Below the pieces are notes generated by a model. That model made no database searches. It worked only from the letters and a program-made list of their open reading frames with translations, and was not told the origin of the DNA. 64,000 bases of DNA from Eledone cirrhosa (Eukaryota): assembly GCA_964016885.1 (NCBI GenBank), contig OZ024763.1:25296001-25360000 (forward strand), read 5' to 3'. Shown in pieces: positions 30,001-44,754 of the stretch. Position 1 is the first letter of the stretch, and the number at the start of each line of letters is the position of its first letter. The position numbers and the translations under genes are program-made.

Positions 30001-33000
30001 AAAATGAAAACGAAATTTCATTTCTCACTCTTAGTATGGCACTTACTTAAATGTAAGTATGCATGTATACGTACATACATATATGTATACAGACGTACAG
30101 TAGCATGCACATATATATATATATATACACATATATATACATATGCATACAGGTACACATACATATATGCACGTATCAGTTTAGCGGCGCTAACGTCGCT
30201 TTGTTCGTTTGTAAACAAACTGAACAGCCTGAATTTATGCCATACGGTGTTAAGGCAACCACGTCACCTTTTTGTTCAACACTGACACAGGAACGATGTA
30301 CTAGTTTCAAGCTTGTTAGCTATCATCAGCACCGTTTACCCATCTGCCAGATAGTTGAACGTTCGAAAGTATATACTTTCCTTATGAAAATTAACGGCTG
30401 AGCAGCCTAATTTGCATATTGAGTGAGTTAAATCGGTCAGGCATACCGAAAACGATAAATTGAAACAAAATGAAAACGAAATTTCATTTCTCACTCTTAG
30501 TATGGCACTTACTTAAATGTAAGTATGCATGTATACGTACATACATATATGTATACAGACGTACAGTAGCATGCACATATATATATATATATACACATAT
30601 ATATACATATGCATACAGGTACACATACATATATGCACGTATCAGTTTAGCGGCGCTAACGTCGCTTTGTTCGTTTGTAAACAAACTGAACAGCCTGAAT
30701 TTATGCCATACGGTGTTAAGGCAACCACGTCACCTTTTTGTTCAACACTGACACAGGAACGATGTACTAGTTTCAAGCTTGTTAGCTATCATCAGCACCG
30801 TTTACCCATCTGCCAGATAGTTGAACGTTCGAAAGTATATACTTTCCTTATGAAAATTAACGGCTGAGCAGCCTAATTTGCATATTGAGTGAGTTAAATC
30901 GGTCAGGCATACCGAAAACGATAAATTGAAACAAAATGAAAACGAAATTTCATTTCTCACTCTTAGTATGGCACTTACTTAAATGTAAGTATGCATGTAT
31001 ACGTACATACATATATGTATACAGACGTACAGTAGCATGCACATATATATATATATATACACATATATATACATATGCATACAGGTACACATACATATAT
31101 GCACGTATCAGTTTAGCGGCGCTAACGTCGCTTTGTTCGTTTGTAAACAAACTGAACAGCCTGAATTTATGCCATACGGTGTTAAGGCAACCACGTCACC
31201 TTTTTGTTCAACACTGACACAGGAACGATGTACTAGTTTCAAGCTTGTTAGCTATCATCAGCACCGTTTACCCATCTGCCAGATAGTTGAACGTTCGAAA
31301 GTATATACTTTCCTTATGAAAATTAACGGCTGAGCAGCCTAATTTGCATATTGAGTGAGTTAAATCGGTCAGGCATACCGAAAACGATAAATTGAAACAA
31401 AATGAAAACGAAATTTCATTTCTCACTCTTAGTATGGCACTTACTTAAATGTAAGTATGCATGTATACGTACATACATATATGTATACAGACGTACAGTA
31501 GCATGCACATATATATATATATATACACATATATATACATATGCATACAGGTACACATACATATATGCACGTATCAGTTTAGCGGCGCTAACGTCGCTTT
31601 GTTCGTTTGTAAACAAACTGAACAGCCTGAATTTATGCCATACGGTGTTAAGGCAACCACGTCACCTTTTTGTTCAACACTGACACAGGAACGATGTACT
31701 AGTTTCAAGCTTGTTAGCTATCATCAGCACCGTTTACCCATCTGCCAGATAGTTGAACGTTCGAAAGTATATACTTTCCTTATGAAAATTAACGGCTGAG
31801 CAGCCTAATTTGCATATTGAGTGAGTTAAATCGGTCAGGCATACCGAAAACGATAAATTGAAACAAAATGAAAACGAAATTTCATTTCTCACTCTTAGTA
31901 TGGCACTTACTTAAATGTAAGTATGCATGTATACGTACATACATATATGTATACAGACGTACAGTAGCATGCACATATATATATATATATACACATATAT
32001 ATACATATGCATACAGGTACACATACATATATGCACGTATCAGTTTAGCGGCGCTAACGTCGCTTTGTTCGTTTGTAAACAAACTGAACAGCCTGAATTT
32101 ATGCCATACGGTGTTAAGGCAACCACGTCACCTTTTTGTTCAACACTGACACAGGAACGATGTACTAGTTTCAAGCTTGTTAGCTATCATCAGCACCGTT
32201 TACCCATCTGCCAGATAGTTGAACGTTCGAAAGTATATACTTTCCTTATGAAAATTAACGGCTGAGCAGCCTAATTTGCATATTGAGTGAGTTAAATCGG
32301 TCAGGCATACCGAAAACGATAAATTGAAACAAAATGAAAACGAAATTTCATTTCTCACTCTTAGTATGGCACTTACTTAAATGTAAGTATGCATGTATAC
32401 GTACATACATATATGTATACAGACGTACAGTAGCATGCACATATATATATATATATACACATATATATACATATGCATACAGGTACACATACATATATGC
32501 ACGTATCAGTTTAGCGGCGCTAACGTCGCTTTGTTCGTTTGTAAACAAACTGAACAGCCTGAATTTATGCCATACGGTGTTAAGGCAACCACGTCACCTT
32601 TTTGTTCAACACTGACACAGGAACGATGTACTAGTTTCAAGCTTGTTAGCTATCATCAGCACCGTTTACCCATCTGCCAGATAGTTGAACGTTCGAAAGT
32701 ATATACTTTCCTTATGAAAATTAACGGCTGAGCAGCCTAATTTGCATATTGAGTGAGTTAAATCGGTCAGGCATACCGAAAACGATAAATTGAAACAAAA
32801 TGAAAACGAAATTTCATTTCTCTCACTCTTAGTATGGCACTTACTTAAATGTAAGTATGCATGTATACGTACATACATATATGTATACAGACGTACAGTA
32901 GCATGCACATATATATATATATATACACATATATATACATATGCATACAGGTACACATACATATATGCACGTATCAGTTTAGCGGCGCTAACGTCGCTTT

Positions 33001-35383
33001 GTTCGTTTGTAAACAAACTGAACAGCCTGAATTTATGCCATACGGTGTTAAGGCAACCACGTCACCTTTTTGTTCAACACTGACACAGGAACGATGTACT
33101 AGTTTCAAGCTTGTTAGCTATCATCAGCACCGTTTACCCATCTGCCAGATAGTTGAACGTTCGAAAGTATATACTTTCCTTATGAAAATTAACGGCTGAG
33201 CAGCCTAATTTGCATATTGAGTGAGTTAAATCGGTCAGGCATACCGAAAACGATAAATTGAAACAAAATGAAAACGAAATTTCATTTCTCACTCTTAGTA
33301 TGGCACTTACTTAAATGTAAGTATGCATGTATACGTACATACATATATGTATACAGACGTACAGTAGCATGCACATATATATATATATATACACATATAT
33401 ATACATATGCATACAGGTACACATACATATATGCACGTATCAGTTTAGCGGCGCTAACGTCGCTTTGTTCGTTTGTAAACAAACTGAACAGCCTGAATTT
33501 ATGCCATACGGTGTTAAGGCAACCACGTCACCTTTTTGTTCAACACTGACACAGGAACGATGTACTAGTTTCAAGCTTGTTAGCTATCATCAGCACCGTT
33601 TACCCATCTGCCAGATAGTTGAACGTTCGAAAGTATATACTTTCCTTATGAAAATTAACGGCTGAGCAGCCTAATTTGCATATTGAGTGAGTTAAATCGG
33701 TCAGGCATACCGAAAACGATAAATTGAAACAAAATGAAAACGAAATTTCATTTCTCACTCTTAGTATGGCACTTACTTAAATGTAAGTATGCATGTATAC
33801 GTACATACATATATGTATACAGACGTACAGTAGCATGCACATATATATATATATATACACATATATATACATATGCATACAGGTACACATACATATATGC
33901 ACGTATCAGTTTAGCGGCGCTAACGTCGCTTTGTTCGTTTGTAAACAAACTGAACAGCCTGAATTTATGCCATACGGTGTTAAGGCAACCACGTCACCTT
34001 TTTGTTCAACACTGACACAGGAACGATGTACTAGTTTCAAGCTTGTTAGCTATCATCAGCACCGTTTACCCATCTGCCAGATAGTTGAACGTTCGAAAGT
34101 ATATACTTTCCTTATGAAAATTAACGGCTGAGCAGCCTAATTTGCATATTGAGTGAGTTAAATCGGTCAGGCATACCGAAAACGATAAATTGAAACAAAA
34201 TGAAAACGAAATTTCATTTCTCACTCTTAGTATGGCACTTACTTAAATGTAAGTATGCATGTATACGTACATACATATATGTATACAGACGTACAGTAGC
34301 ATGCACATATATATATATATATACACATATATATACATATGCATACAGGTACACATACATATATGCACGTATCAGTTTAGCGGCGCTAACGTCGCTTTGT
34401 TCGTTTGTAAACAAACTGAACAGCCTGAATTTATGCCATACGGTGTTAAGGCAACCACGTCACCTTTTTGTTCAACACTGACACAGGAACGATGTACTAG
34501 TTTCAAGCTTGTTAGCTATCATCAGCACCGTTTACCCATCTGCCAGATAGTTGAACGTTCGAAAGTATATACTTTCCTTATGAAAATTAACGGCTGAGCA
34601 GCCTAATTTGCATATTGAGTGAGTTAAATCGGTCAGGCATACCGAAAACGATAAATTGAAACAAAATGAAAACGAAATTTCATTTCTCACTCTTAGTATG
34701 GCACTTACTTAAATGTAAGTATGCATGTATACGTACATACATATATGTATACAGACGTACAGTAGCATGCACATATATATATATATATACACATATATAT
34801 ACATATGCATACAGGTACACATACATATATGCACGTATCAGTTTAGCGGCGCTAACGTCGCTTTGTTCGTTTGTAAACAAACTGAACAGCCTGAATTTAT
34901 GCCATACGGTGTTAAGGCAACCACGTCACCTTTTTGTTCAACACTGACACAGGAACGATGTACTAGTTTCAAGCTTGTTAGCTATCATCAGCACCGTTTA
35001 CCCATCTGCCAGATAGTTGAACGTTCGAAAGTATATACTTTCCTTATGAAAATTAACGGCTGAGCGCCGCTAAACTGATACGTGCATATATGTATGTGTA
35101 CCTGTATGCATATGTATATATATGTGTATATATATATATATATGTGCATGCTACTGTACGTCTGTATACATATATGTATGTACGTATACATGCATACTTA
35201 CATTTAAGTAAGTGCCATACTAAGAGTGAGAAATGAAATTTCGTTTTCATTTTGTTTCAATTTATCGTTTTCGGTATGCCTGACCGATTTAACTCACTCA
35301 ATATGCAAATTAGGCTGCTCAGCCGTTAATTTTCATAAGGAAAGTATATACTTTCGAACGTTCAACTATCTGGCAGATGGGTA

Positions 35384-35428
35384 AACGGTGCTGATGATAG
35401 CTAACAAGCTTGAAACTAGTACATCGTT
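35384..35428 (+). ncRNA. Type I hammerhead ribozyme (copy in the inverted arm)
   Basis: Same sequence on the + strand: aacggtg ctgatga tagctaacaagctt gaaa ctag ta catcgtt. Confidence 0.9.
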
Positions 35429-35726
35429 CCTGTGTCAGTGTTGAACAAAAAGGTGACGTGGTTGCCTTAACACCGTATGGCATAAATTCAGGCTGTTCAG
35501 TTTGTTTACAAACGAACAAAGCGACGTTAGCGCCGCTAAACTGATACGTGCATATATGTATGTGTACCTGTATGCATATGTATATATATGTGTATATATA
35601 TATATATATGTGCATGCTACTGTACGTCTGTATACATATATGTATGTACGTATACATGCATACTTACATTTAAGTAAGTGCCATACTAAGAGTGAGAAAT
35701 GAAATTTCGTTTTCATTTTGTTTCAA

Positions 35727-36662
<936 letters not shown>

Positions 36663-37016
36663 GTGACATATGACACACATACGGGTACATTCTCTCTCCT
36701 CTCTACTCTTCATACATAATTTAAAGTAAGCAATATCTTGTGAAATGGAAGTCAATTGTTTCACTGGTATCTCCAATATTCTTCCTCTGAACGAACGACA
36801 GAAGAAAAGCATACACGATGACTGTTCAAAGTTAAACCTCCAATTATTTCTTATTGTAAAAACTAAGTAAAATACAAAGCTCAAAGAAAAACTCTAACTT
36901 AAACCATTGAAAAATTCATGACAGAAGTATATTCTTTCATTAACTTCTCCGGTGAAACCTTGATCCGTTATCGAATTACAAATATGGGTATCAACAGGTT
37001 AGAGCTTTCTTATGTA

Positions 37017-37058
<42 letters not shown>

Positions 37059-37137
37059 GTTGTGTGTGTCTATTTGTCTGTGTAATTATCTAAAGCTGTG
37101 GATCTGTGTGTGTGTTTGTATGTGTGTGTGTTGGTCA

Positions 37138-37174
<37 letters not shown>

Positions 37175-37181
37175 CACACAT

Positions 37182-37293
<112 letters not shown>

Positions 37294-37774
37294 GAACTTA
37301 ATTCATTTCTGAAGTCCGTTCGTCACCCGAAATGTTTGTGAGAGAGAGACTGTGTGTAAAAGACAAATAGATATCACTATAGTAACTAACTACACAGTTG
37401 TGGGTGCTGGGGGGGGGGGGGGGTTTACCAAATCCCACAACCCTTTTTATCTGACGTGCTAACATCTAACCCACCTGTTCGTCTAACACCTGTGATTTTT
37501 CTCATAGATAATAACTAAAGTAGTTCCATAAAAGATCTTCGATCTGTTGCCAAAGATTCTAAATTGATCTTTGACAGGTAAACAACTCTTGACTTAGTTG
37601 GCACCTGTGGTTCCCTCCCACCCCCACCGGACCCACACACCTCCTCCAACACCAGAATCGCTAATTATCGTTAATTAATGATTAATTACCTTATATAATT
37701 AACTAATTGATGAACCTTAGATTTACCTGCTATTGGTCAGTGTGTGTGTGTGTGTACCTGTATATATATATATG

Positions 37775-37805
<31 letters not shown>

Positions 37806-37912
37806 ATATGATTGAATGTGTGTATACCTATCTATATATGCATACATACATATGTGTGTGTATGCGTGTATTTATATCAGTGGATGAACGTGTATGTATG
37901 CATACTGGCGCG

Positions 37913-37943
<31 letters not shown>

Positions 37944-38139
37944 GTGTGGGGGGGGGGGGGTGCACATATGTATATAATTTGATGAAGATGGCGATAATGA
38001 TGAGGATGATGATAATGATGGTGATGATGATGATGATGATGATGATGATGGTGGTGGGGATAATGATGGTGATGATGATGATGATGTGGTGGTGGTGCTG
38101 TTTCTGAAGGTGTTGATGATGATGGTGGTGTGAGGTGTT

Positions 38140-38180
<41 letters not shown>

Positions 38181-38268
38181 ACATATATATATATATATAT
38201 ACACATATACCCATATATATATTTATACGTGGTTAAGTGTATACATACATATATGCATATATATATAC

Positions 38269-38343
<75 letters not shown>

Positions 38344-39686
38344 CTTACATATATACGTACGTAGTATGTACAGAAACACATATATCTACACACTAACATA
38401 TATAGCGAAACATTTTCATTAACGCAGTATACACATACATACTTACTTGCGTGTACATAATTCACACACACACACAAACTAACTCTCACACACTAACTCA
38501 CACACACTCACACACTAATTCTCACACACACACACACACTAACTCACTCACACACACTCACACACTAATTCTCACACACACACACACACTAACTCACTCA
38601 CACTCACACTTAAACAGGTATGTACAACTATCTTTTATACCTGTGAATAAGAAGATAACGCTAAAGATAGCAAAACAAAGAAAACAAAATGGCCGCCATA
38701 TTACGAGAAATTTCGTTAGTCAAGATGGCTTCTCGTTATTCAATGCTTTGGATCTGAAATAATTGGTTTCGCTGTTGGCAAACTAAAAATAGATATTGGA
38801 AACACACCACCGCCGCCGCCGCCGCCATAACCTCCATCGCCTTCACCACCACCGACGCCGCCACCACCACCACCACCACCTCCACCACCACCACGATTAC
38901 CACCACCATCACCACCACCACAAACCCCACCATTACCACCACCATCACCCCACCACCACCACTACCACCGCCTCCGCTCGCACCCTTTGCTCCTTCTCTT
39001 CCCCTCCGCACTCTTCAAAATTATACAGGGAACAATTTATTTTAGGGATAATTATTATTGTTGTTCTTTGTTTTTTTAACATTGTTGTTTGATTTTGATT
39101 CGATTCACAAAGTCACGTGACCCGTTTAGTCATGTGATCGGAATTTTTTTTTTTGTGTTTCTTTTTGTTGTTTTTTTGTTGGTATTTGTGAGGTTGTGTT
39201 GTGTTGTTATTCGGTTGTAGTTGTTGTTAATGTTATTGGGTTGTTGTTGGATTGTTGTTGTTTTTGTTATTGTTGGAATTTTGTTTATTTTTCGTGTTAT
39301 TATTGTTTTTTGTTGTTTTGTTGCTTTTTCGTGTTATTGTTGTTATTTTTGGAGGTGGTTAATGTATGCCGAGTTTTCCTTATCAAATCTCGTTCCCAGC
39401 GAGATTACCATATATGACAGAAGAATAAATAATGTATGTTTTCTTTTATATCTTGTTTTCTTTTTGTTTGTTTGATTTTTTGTCTTTTTTTTTCTCTCTG
39501 TTTCTTTCTTCCGTATTTTTTCTACTTTTATTTTACTATTTACTATCACACATCTTTCACTCTAATGTAGAAACTTCTGTGTGTGTGTTTGTGAGTGTGT
39601 GTATCTCTCTGTGTATATATATGTATGTATGTATATATATACATACACAGAGAGATACACACACACACATATATATATATATATAC

Positions 39687-39770
<84 letters not shown>

Positions 39771-39843
39771 GCATAGTGTATATATGTATATGTATATGTA
39801 TATATATATATATGTGTGTGTATGTGTGTATGTATATATATAT

Positions 39844-39880
<37 letters not shown>

Positions 39881-39889
39881 TTTGTGTAT

Positions 39890-40530
39890 CAGTGTGTATA
39901 TGTTCGAGTATATGTGTGTAGGTGTGTGTGTGTCTTTGTGTATGTTTGTGTGTGTGGGAGTGTGTGTATCAGGGTGTAAGAGTGTAGGTAAGAGAGTGTG
40001 TATATGTTCGAGTATATGTGTGTAGGTGTGTCTGTATGTGAGAGTGTGTGCGTGTCTTTATGTATGAGTGTGTGTCTGTGAGAGAATGTATGTGTATGGG
40101 AGTGTGTGTCAGGCTGTAAGAGTGTAGGTAAGAGAGTGTGTATATGTTCGAGTATATGTGTGTAGGTGTGTGTGTGTCTTTGTGTATGTTTGTGTGTGTG
40201 GGAGTGTGTGTGTCAGGGTGTAAGAGTGTAGGTAAGAGAGTGTGTATATGTTCGAGTATATGTGTGTAGGTGTGTGTGTGTGAGAGTGTGTGTGTGTCTT
40301 TGTGTATGAGTGTGTGTCTGAGAGAATTTGTGTGTGTGGGAGTGTGTGTGTCAGGCTGTAAGAGTGTAGGTAAGAGAGTGTGTATATGTTCGAGTATATG
40401 TGTGTAGGTGTGTGTGTGTCTTTGTGTATGTTTGTGTGTGTGGGAGTGTGTGTGTCAGGGTGTAAGAGTGTAGGTAAGAGAGTGTGTATATGTTCGAGTA
40501 TATGTGTGTAGGTGTGTCTGTTTGTGAGAG
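39890..40530. repeat. (TG)-derived tandem repeat, about 105-130-bp units
   Basis: Recurrent TGTAAGAGTGTAGGTAAGAGAGTGTGTATATGTTCGAGTATATGTGTGTAGG. Confidence 0.85.
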
Positions 40531-40734
40531 TGTGTGTGTTTATGAGAGAATTCGTATGTTCGTGCGCGTGTGTGTGTGGGGGGTGTAAGAATGTGTGTCC
40601 AACAGAGTGCGTTTGTGTGCGAGTTAATGTTTTTGTGTGCGTCTGTATGTGAGCGTGGGTGTTTCCGTTTGTGTGTGTGTGTGTGTGTGTTTATACGTGT
40701 ATATATGTATGTGATAGCTAGATAGATAGAGAGA

Positions 40735-40800
<66 letters not shown>

Positions 40801-40946
40801 TACATAGGCAAACAGACAAATATTTAAATATATAGACGGACGAAGTTAGATATATAGACAGGCAGATGTATATATATATAGAGAGAGAGGGGTGAGAGAG
40901 GGAGAGCGGTAGATAGATAGAGAGACAGACAGACAGATAGATAGAT

Positions 40947-41093
40947 ATGTTTCTTTATTAGCCACAGGGGCACAAAAGAAGGGGACAAATACAAAGGGGG
41001 AAGTTTACATACAATAAAAACGTGTAAAATGTTATCGCAAATGCAATTTAAAAAATTAGTCGATTTTCCCCAATAGGGGGAGACAGTTCATAT
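40947..41093 (-). mobile_element. Very short 3' UTR copy of the Tx1-like LINE in GATA/GACA repeats
   Basis: Near-identical to 961-1105, with the same 3' junction AGATAGAT|ATGTTTCTTTATTAGCC. Confidence 0.9.
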
Positions 41094-41177
41094 ACAGACA
41101 GACAGATATATATATATGTGTGTGTGTGTGTAGAGAGAGAGAGGGGGGGAGAGAGAGGGGTATAGGTAGACAGATAG

Positions 41178-42880
41178 ATTTCTTTTATTTGCCACTAGGG
41201 CATCAAAAGTGGGACAAGTACAAAGGGGGGAGTTTACACAAAAAGGCGTCCTCAATAAGGAGGAGGCAATAACAAAATATAAAAATAAAATAAGATATCA
41301 CAAAAAATAAAATTTTTAACAAAATCCTCAATAGAGAGGAGGCGCCTTGGGGGGTCGCACACACCCCCGAAAAAAGTGTGCAACCCTTCTCCTCAGGAGC
41401 ACAGAGAAGGGGTGCTCCCTTGGTCTTTCATCTTCCTCACCTATAGTCTGATGTAGAGTGAAGGCCCATTCACACGGGCCATTCTCGCCACTTTCACCCA
41501 TCTTTCATAGAAACGGCTGGGGTGCAGCACCTCTCTCTCCATCCTGATCCTTCTTCCGAAATGATATCGGAAGAAACGGACCAGTTGTTGGCCAGAGAGA
41601 AAGGTGCCTGACCTCAGTCCTTTCAGACGCGTCCACCATACAACCTCTTTCGCCATGGCTATTACGCACAGAAACACCGCCTCTGCTTCATCTTTGAAGG
41701 GGGGAGGCGGCTTGATCATTACAATAGACTCGGTGGTCAACCGGATCGGTCCCACCCTTGACAGCAGTTGTTCGACATAGCCCCACAGATCGGCTGCGCC
41801 CGAGCAGTGTACCAATGCGTGTGCAACGGTTTCCTCGTCGCACACGCATCTGGGACAGATCTTTTTGGCGGGGTCCCTACCCGGGCGCCCGTGTCTGTAG
41901 AGCCTTTCTCGAACGGGTAAAGCCCCTCGGTAGCACTGCCAGGCCAGGGACTTCTGGAAGTTGTCCATAGGTCCCGGGCTGAATGTCCTACCGAACAGGC
42001 TGGCCAGTTCGTCCTCCTCCATGTCTAGGGCTTCTCCGAGGGCGTCGTCGCACCTGCTGCGTATCAGCCCTCTATAGAATGTTGCGGTGGAGTCTCCACT
42101 GATAACCGGATCCGCCTGCCAGAGGGCGGTGAGCGCCTGGGCACACTCAGTGTGCCAGGCGCCCAGTTTTCTCGGTCTTTGCTTGACCCAGGATTGCAGC
42201 TCGGTGAGTGAGACGAGTCTGGGAAAGGTTCGTCTCACAAACGAGGCCCACACCGGTTGTCCGGTGAGGAATACGTAGAGGTGCCGTAGCCTTAATGCGT
42301 GTTTACGCATCATTAGCCACGGCATCCCCAGCCCTCCTTTCGAAGGGTGTTGACAGCAGATGGATCTCCTCACCATAGGAGCCCGCCTCTTCCAAAGGAA
42401 TTGGAAGAGCGCGCGCTCCATCTTGGTGAGGGTTTCCCTTGGGCAGGGCACTACGGTCAGGCGGTAGTAGATGACGGACGCTATGTAGGTGTTCGCCACC
42501 TCCGCCCGACCTTTCAGGGATAGTTTGCAACTGGCCCACTTCTGGGTCAGTGCAAACACCCTGTTCGTAACCTCCGCCCAGTTTTTCTCCACCTGGAGGT
42601 CCGGTCCGAACCAGACCCCGAGCAACTTCACCGGGCCCTCCGTCCAGCGTCCGACGACCCCATCGGAGGGCATCGGTCTGCCCCTCCACGTGCCGAGTTG
42701 CAAACCGATCGACTTGTCCCGGTTCAGCTTAGCCCCTGTGAACTTTTCGTACTCCTCCAGTAAGGTGCCGACCGCCTCGATTTCGGAGGCTGTCGACACC
42801 ATTACTGTCACGTCATCGGCGTAGGCCGACACCGCTTTCCGCAATCCCGGTTCCAAAGGGATGCCCTGCAACAACTCCAG
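41178..42880 (-). mobile_element. 5'-truncated Tx1/L1-clade non-LTR retrotransposon in (GATA)n
   Basis: Open RT-C-terminal ORF plus 3' UTR with AATAAA; GATA repeats at both junctions. Confidence 0.9.
41441..42880 (-). CDS. ORF2 C-terminal half (RT YADD, thumb, zf-RVT CCHC finger), 5'-truncated
   Basis: AYADDV, GAKLNRDKS, KLLGVWF, LSLKGRAEVAN, KGGLGMP, CPRC..EETVAHALVHC; the N-terminal 52 aa of the listed ORF are microsatellite read-through. Confidence 0.9.
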   Translation of the reverse strand: MELLQGIPLEPGLRKAVSAYADDVTVMVSTASEIEAVGTLLEEYEKFTGAKLNRDKSIGLQLGTWRGRPMPSDGVVGRWTEGPVKLLGVWFGPDLQVEKNWAEVTNRVFALTQKWASCKLSLKGRAEVANTYIASVIYYRLTVVPCPRETLTKMERALFQFLWKRRAPMVRRSICCQHPSKGGLGMPWLMMRKHALRLRHLYVFLTGQPVWASFVRRTFPRLVSLTELQSWVKQRPRKLGAWHTECAQALTALWQADPVISGDSTATFYRGLIRSRCDDALGEALDMEEDELASLFGRTFSPGPMDNFQKSLAWQCYRGALPVRERLYRHGRPGRDPAKKICPRCVCDEETVAHALVHCSGAADLWGYVEQLLSRVGPIRLTTESIVMIKPPPPFKDEAEAVFLCVIAMAKEVVWWTRLKGLRSGTFLSGQQLVRFFRYHFGRRIRMEREVLHPSRFYERWVKVARMARVNGPSLYIRL

Positions 42881-42954
42881 GTAGACAGATAGATAGATAG
42901 ATAGGGGGTAGCTATCGATAGCTGTTGCACTATTGCTGACCGGCTTGTCAACAC

Positions 42955-43001
<47 letters not shown>

Positions 43002-43905
43002 AGAGAGAGAGAGACCATTGTGAAGGAGGTTATCAAATCACAAACTTGCTCAAATTCCCATAGATATATAACACCAATATGTTTTCACAAGAAAAAGGGA
43101 TTTTCTTTATATCACGATATATATGTCTATATATGTGTGTGAGAGACAAACCATGAACACGGTACATTTAATAATATGGAAGAGACCTGTCTATAAATTA
43201 AATAACGTTACAAATGGGAGTGAAAAAAACAACACATATTATATATACAAATCATATATATAAATTTACAGTAGAATAACATAACAAATATGTTTTAAAT
43301 AAATACATAAATAATATTACAAATGCTTAGATAAGGTTAAAAATTGCTCGCGATTGTTTCAGAAAGATATATTCCTTTAATGTTGCAATATTAAAGAAAC
43401 TGTAAAGGAAGGGGTGAACAACCGAACCAACACCAGAGCAAAAGACAGCAGCGTCGTGAGGAGTACCGGGCAACCTCTCTAATGATTTTTGAAGCATGCC
43501 AGCACACTCGCAGCGTTGCCTCGGGTGATGGCGAGGCTAATGCGCTGTAACAACCAAGCGCCCTCGCGAGATTCGCTATATATAACTCATTTTTCTTCAT
43601 ATTGTGAATTTAGGCTATATAAAGTGTAAAAGTATAATGTATATATATGTTAAGTTGCTTCATAATTTGCTCTTGAAAGGGAGAAAAAAAAAAGAATTTA
43701 GTTCGAGAACCCACTCAATGCTATTAAGATGGTGTCGGGAGAGGTGATGATTTTTTTTTTTTCAAGGGATATTACTCTAAAATGATTTTAGTAAACGTTT
43801 TCTCCCTTGAAAAACTTTCCTTTGTTTTTGATTTTTAATTTTTTGTGAGATTTTCTTCGGAATTTTTAGAATTTAGCAGAGCTTGATTTAGACTATGCTG
43901 TACAA

Positions 43906-44001
43906 CAACACCACACAACACAACACAACACACTACACGACACGACACCACGCCACGCCACGCCACGCCACGCCACGCCACGCCACGCCACGCCACGCCA
44001 C
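43906..44001. repeat. Pentanucleotide microsatellite grading CAACA to CGACA to CGCCA
   Basis: Direct reading. Confidence 0.9.
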
Positions 44002-44119
44002 TATATTTTTGAAATACATGTTATAAAATAAACTTAAAACACTTTTGTTATCTCCCTTAGTTATACGTCCAAGGGAAGCAACTGCATTTCTCTTGTATGA
44101 GTTTTTCTTTTAAAATACT

Positions 44120-44405
44120 TTTTATATAATGAAACTGAATGTGTACAGTGCTCGAGTGCACTACAACTCATCAAAGGTGCATGTATAGTATATAGAATAA
44201 TGTACGAATATCAGGAAAGTGAACAGTGTATAAGCTATGATATACACACAGATACATACATGTGTATGTATAGAGGAGGAATATCAGGCATAGTGTTGGC
44301 GAATTTTGAGAAACAAGGTTGTTTTGAAGGATGCAGTGTTACGACAGCTAACAACTGATGCGGGTAGTTTGTTCCATGCTTCAGCAACTCTAAGCGTGGA
44401 AAAAA
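44120..44405 (-). mobile_element. CR1-group LINE 3' tip
   Basis: Minus-strand translation FSTLRVAEAWNKLPASVVSCRNTASFKT resembles the CR1 ORF2 C-terminus (RV..WN.LP..VV...SFK). Confidence 0.7.
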
Positions 44406-44754
44406 ATAATATTATTTTATTCTTTTGCAAGAAAACAGCCTCATTATACTGTTTTTAAATGACCATCACCATCCTTTTGTTCTAGTGGTGACAAACTCAA
44501 GAGTGCATTTACGTATCCGCTATGCTGGAGCGGAAAACGAGATTCTAACTTCTTAACAATTGTCTTAATAATCGTTAAAAAATATTTGAAAATATAAGAA
44601 AAATATAAGAAAAACTTTGTCACAAATTTTAAAACATTTCAACCTGTTTGATGTTTCTTATTTGTTAAATCATAGAAATTCCACAGGGCCAGGTTGTACT
44701 GAATAAATTAATCTTGTCCAACTATTTATTAACACCCAGATTACTGTTATACTG

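Larger units (their letters stand above)
26789..35726 (-). mobile_element. 466-bp hammerhead-containing tandem array (putative retrozyme) with terminal inversion
   Basis: About 17.8 units 26789-35065 (period 466; one 2-nt insertion near 32820), then about 1.4 inverted units 35063-35726; (TA)n flanks; one hammerhead fold per unit. Confidence 0.85.

Noticed and set aside
26801-35716. Repeated 112-, 93- and 66-aa ORFs in the 466-bp array
   Set aside because: They start in the (TA/CA)-rich part, have no domain-like content and overlap on both strands; RNA structure explains the unit better
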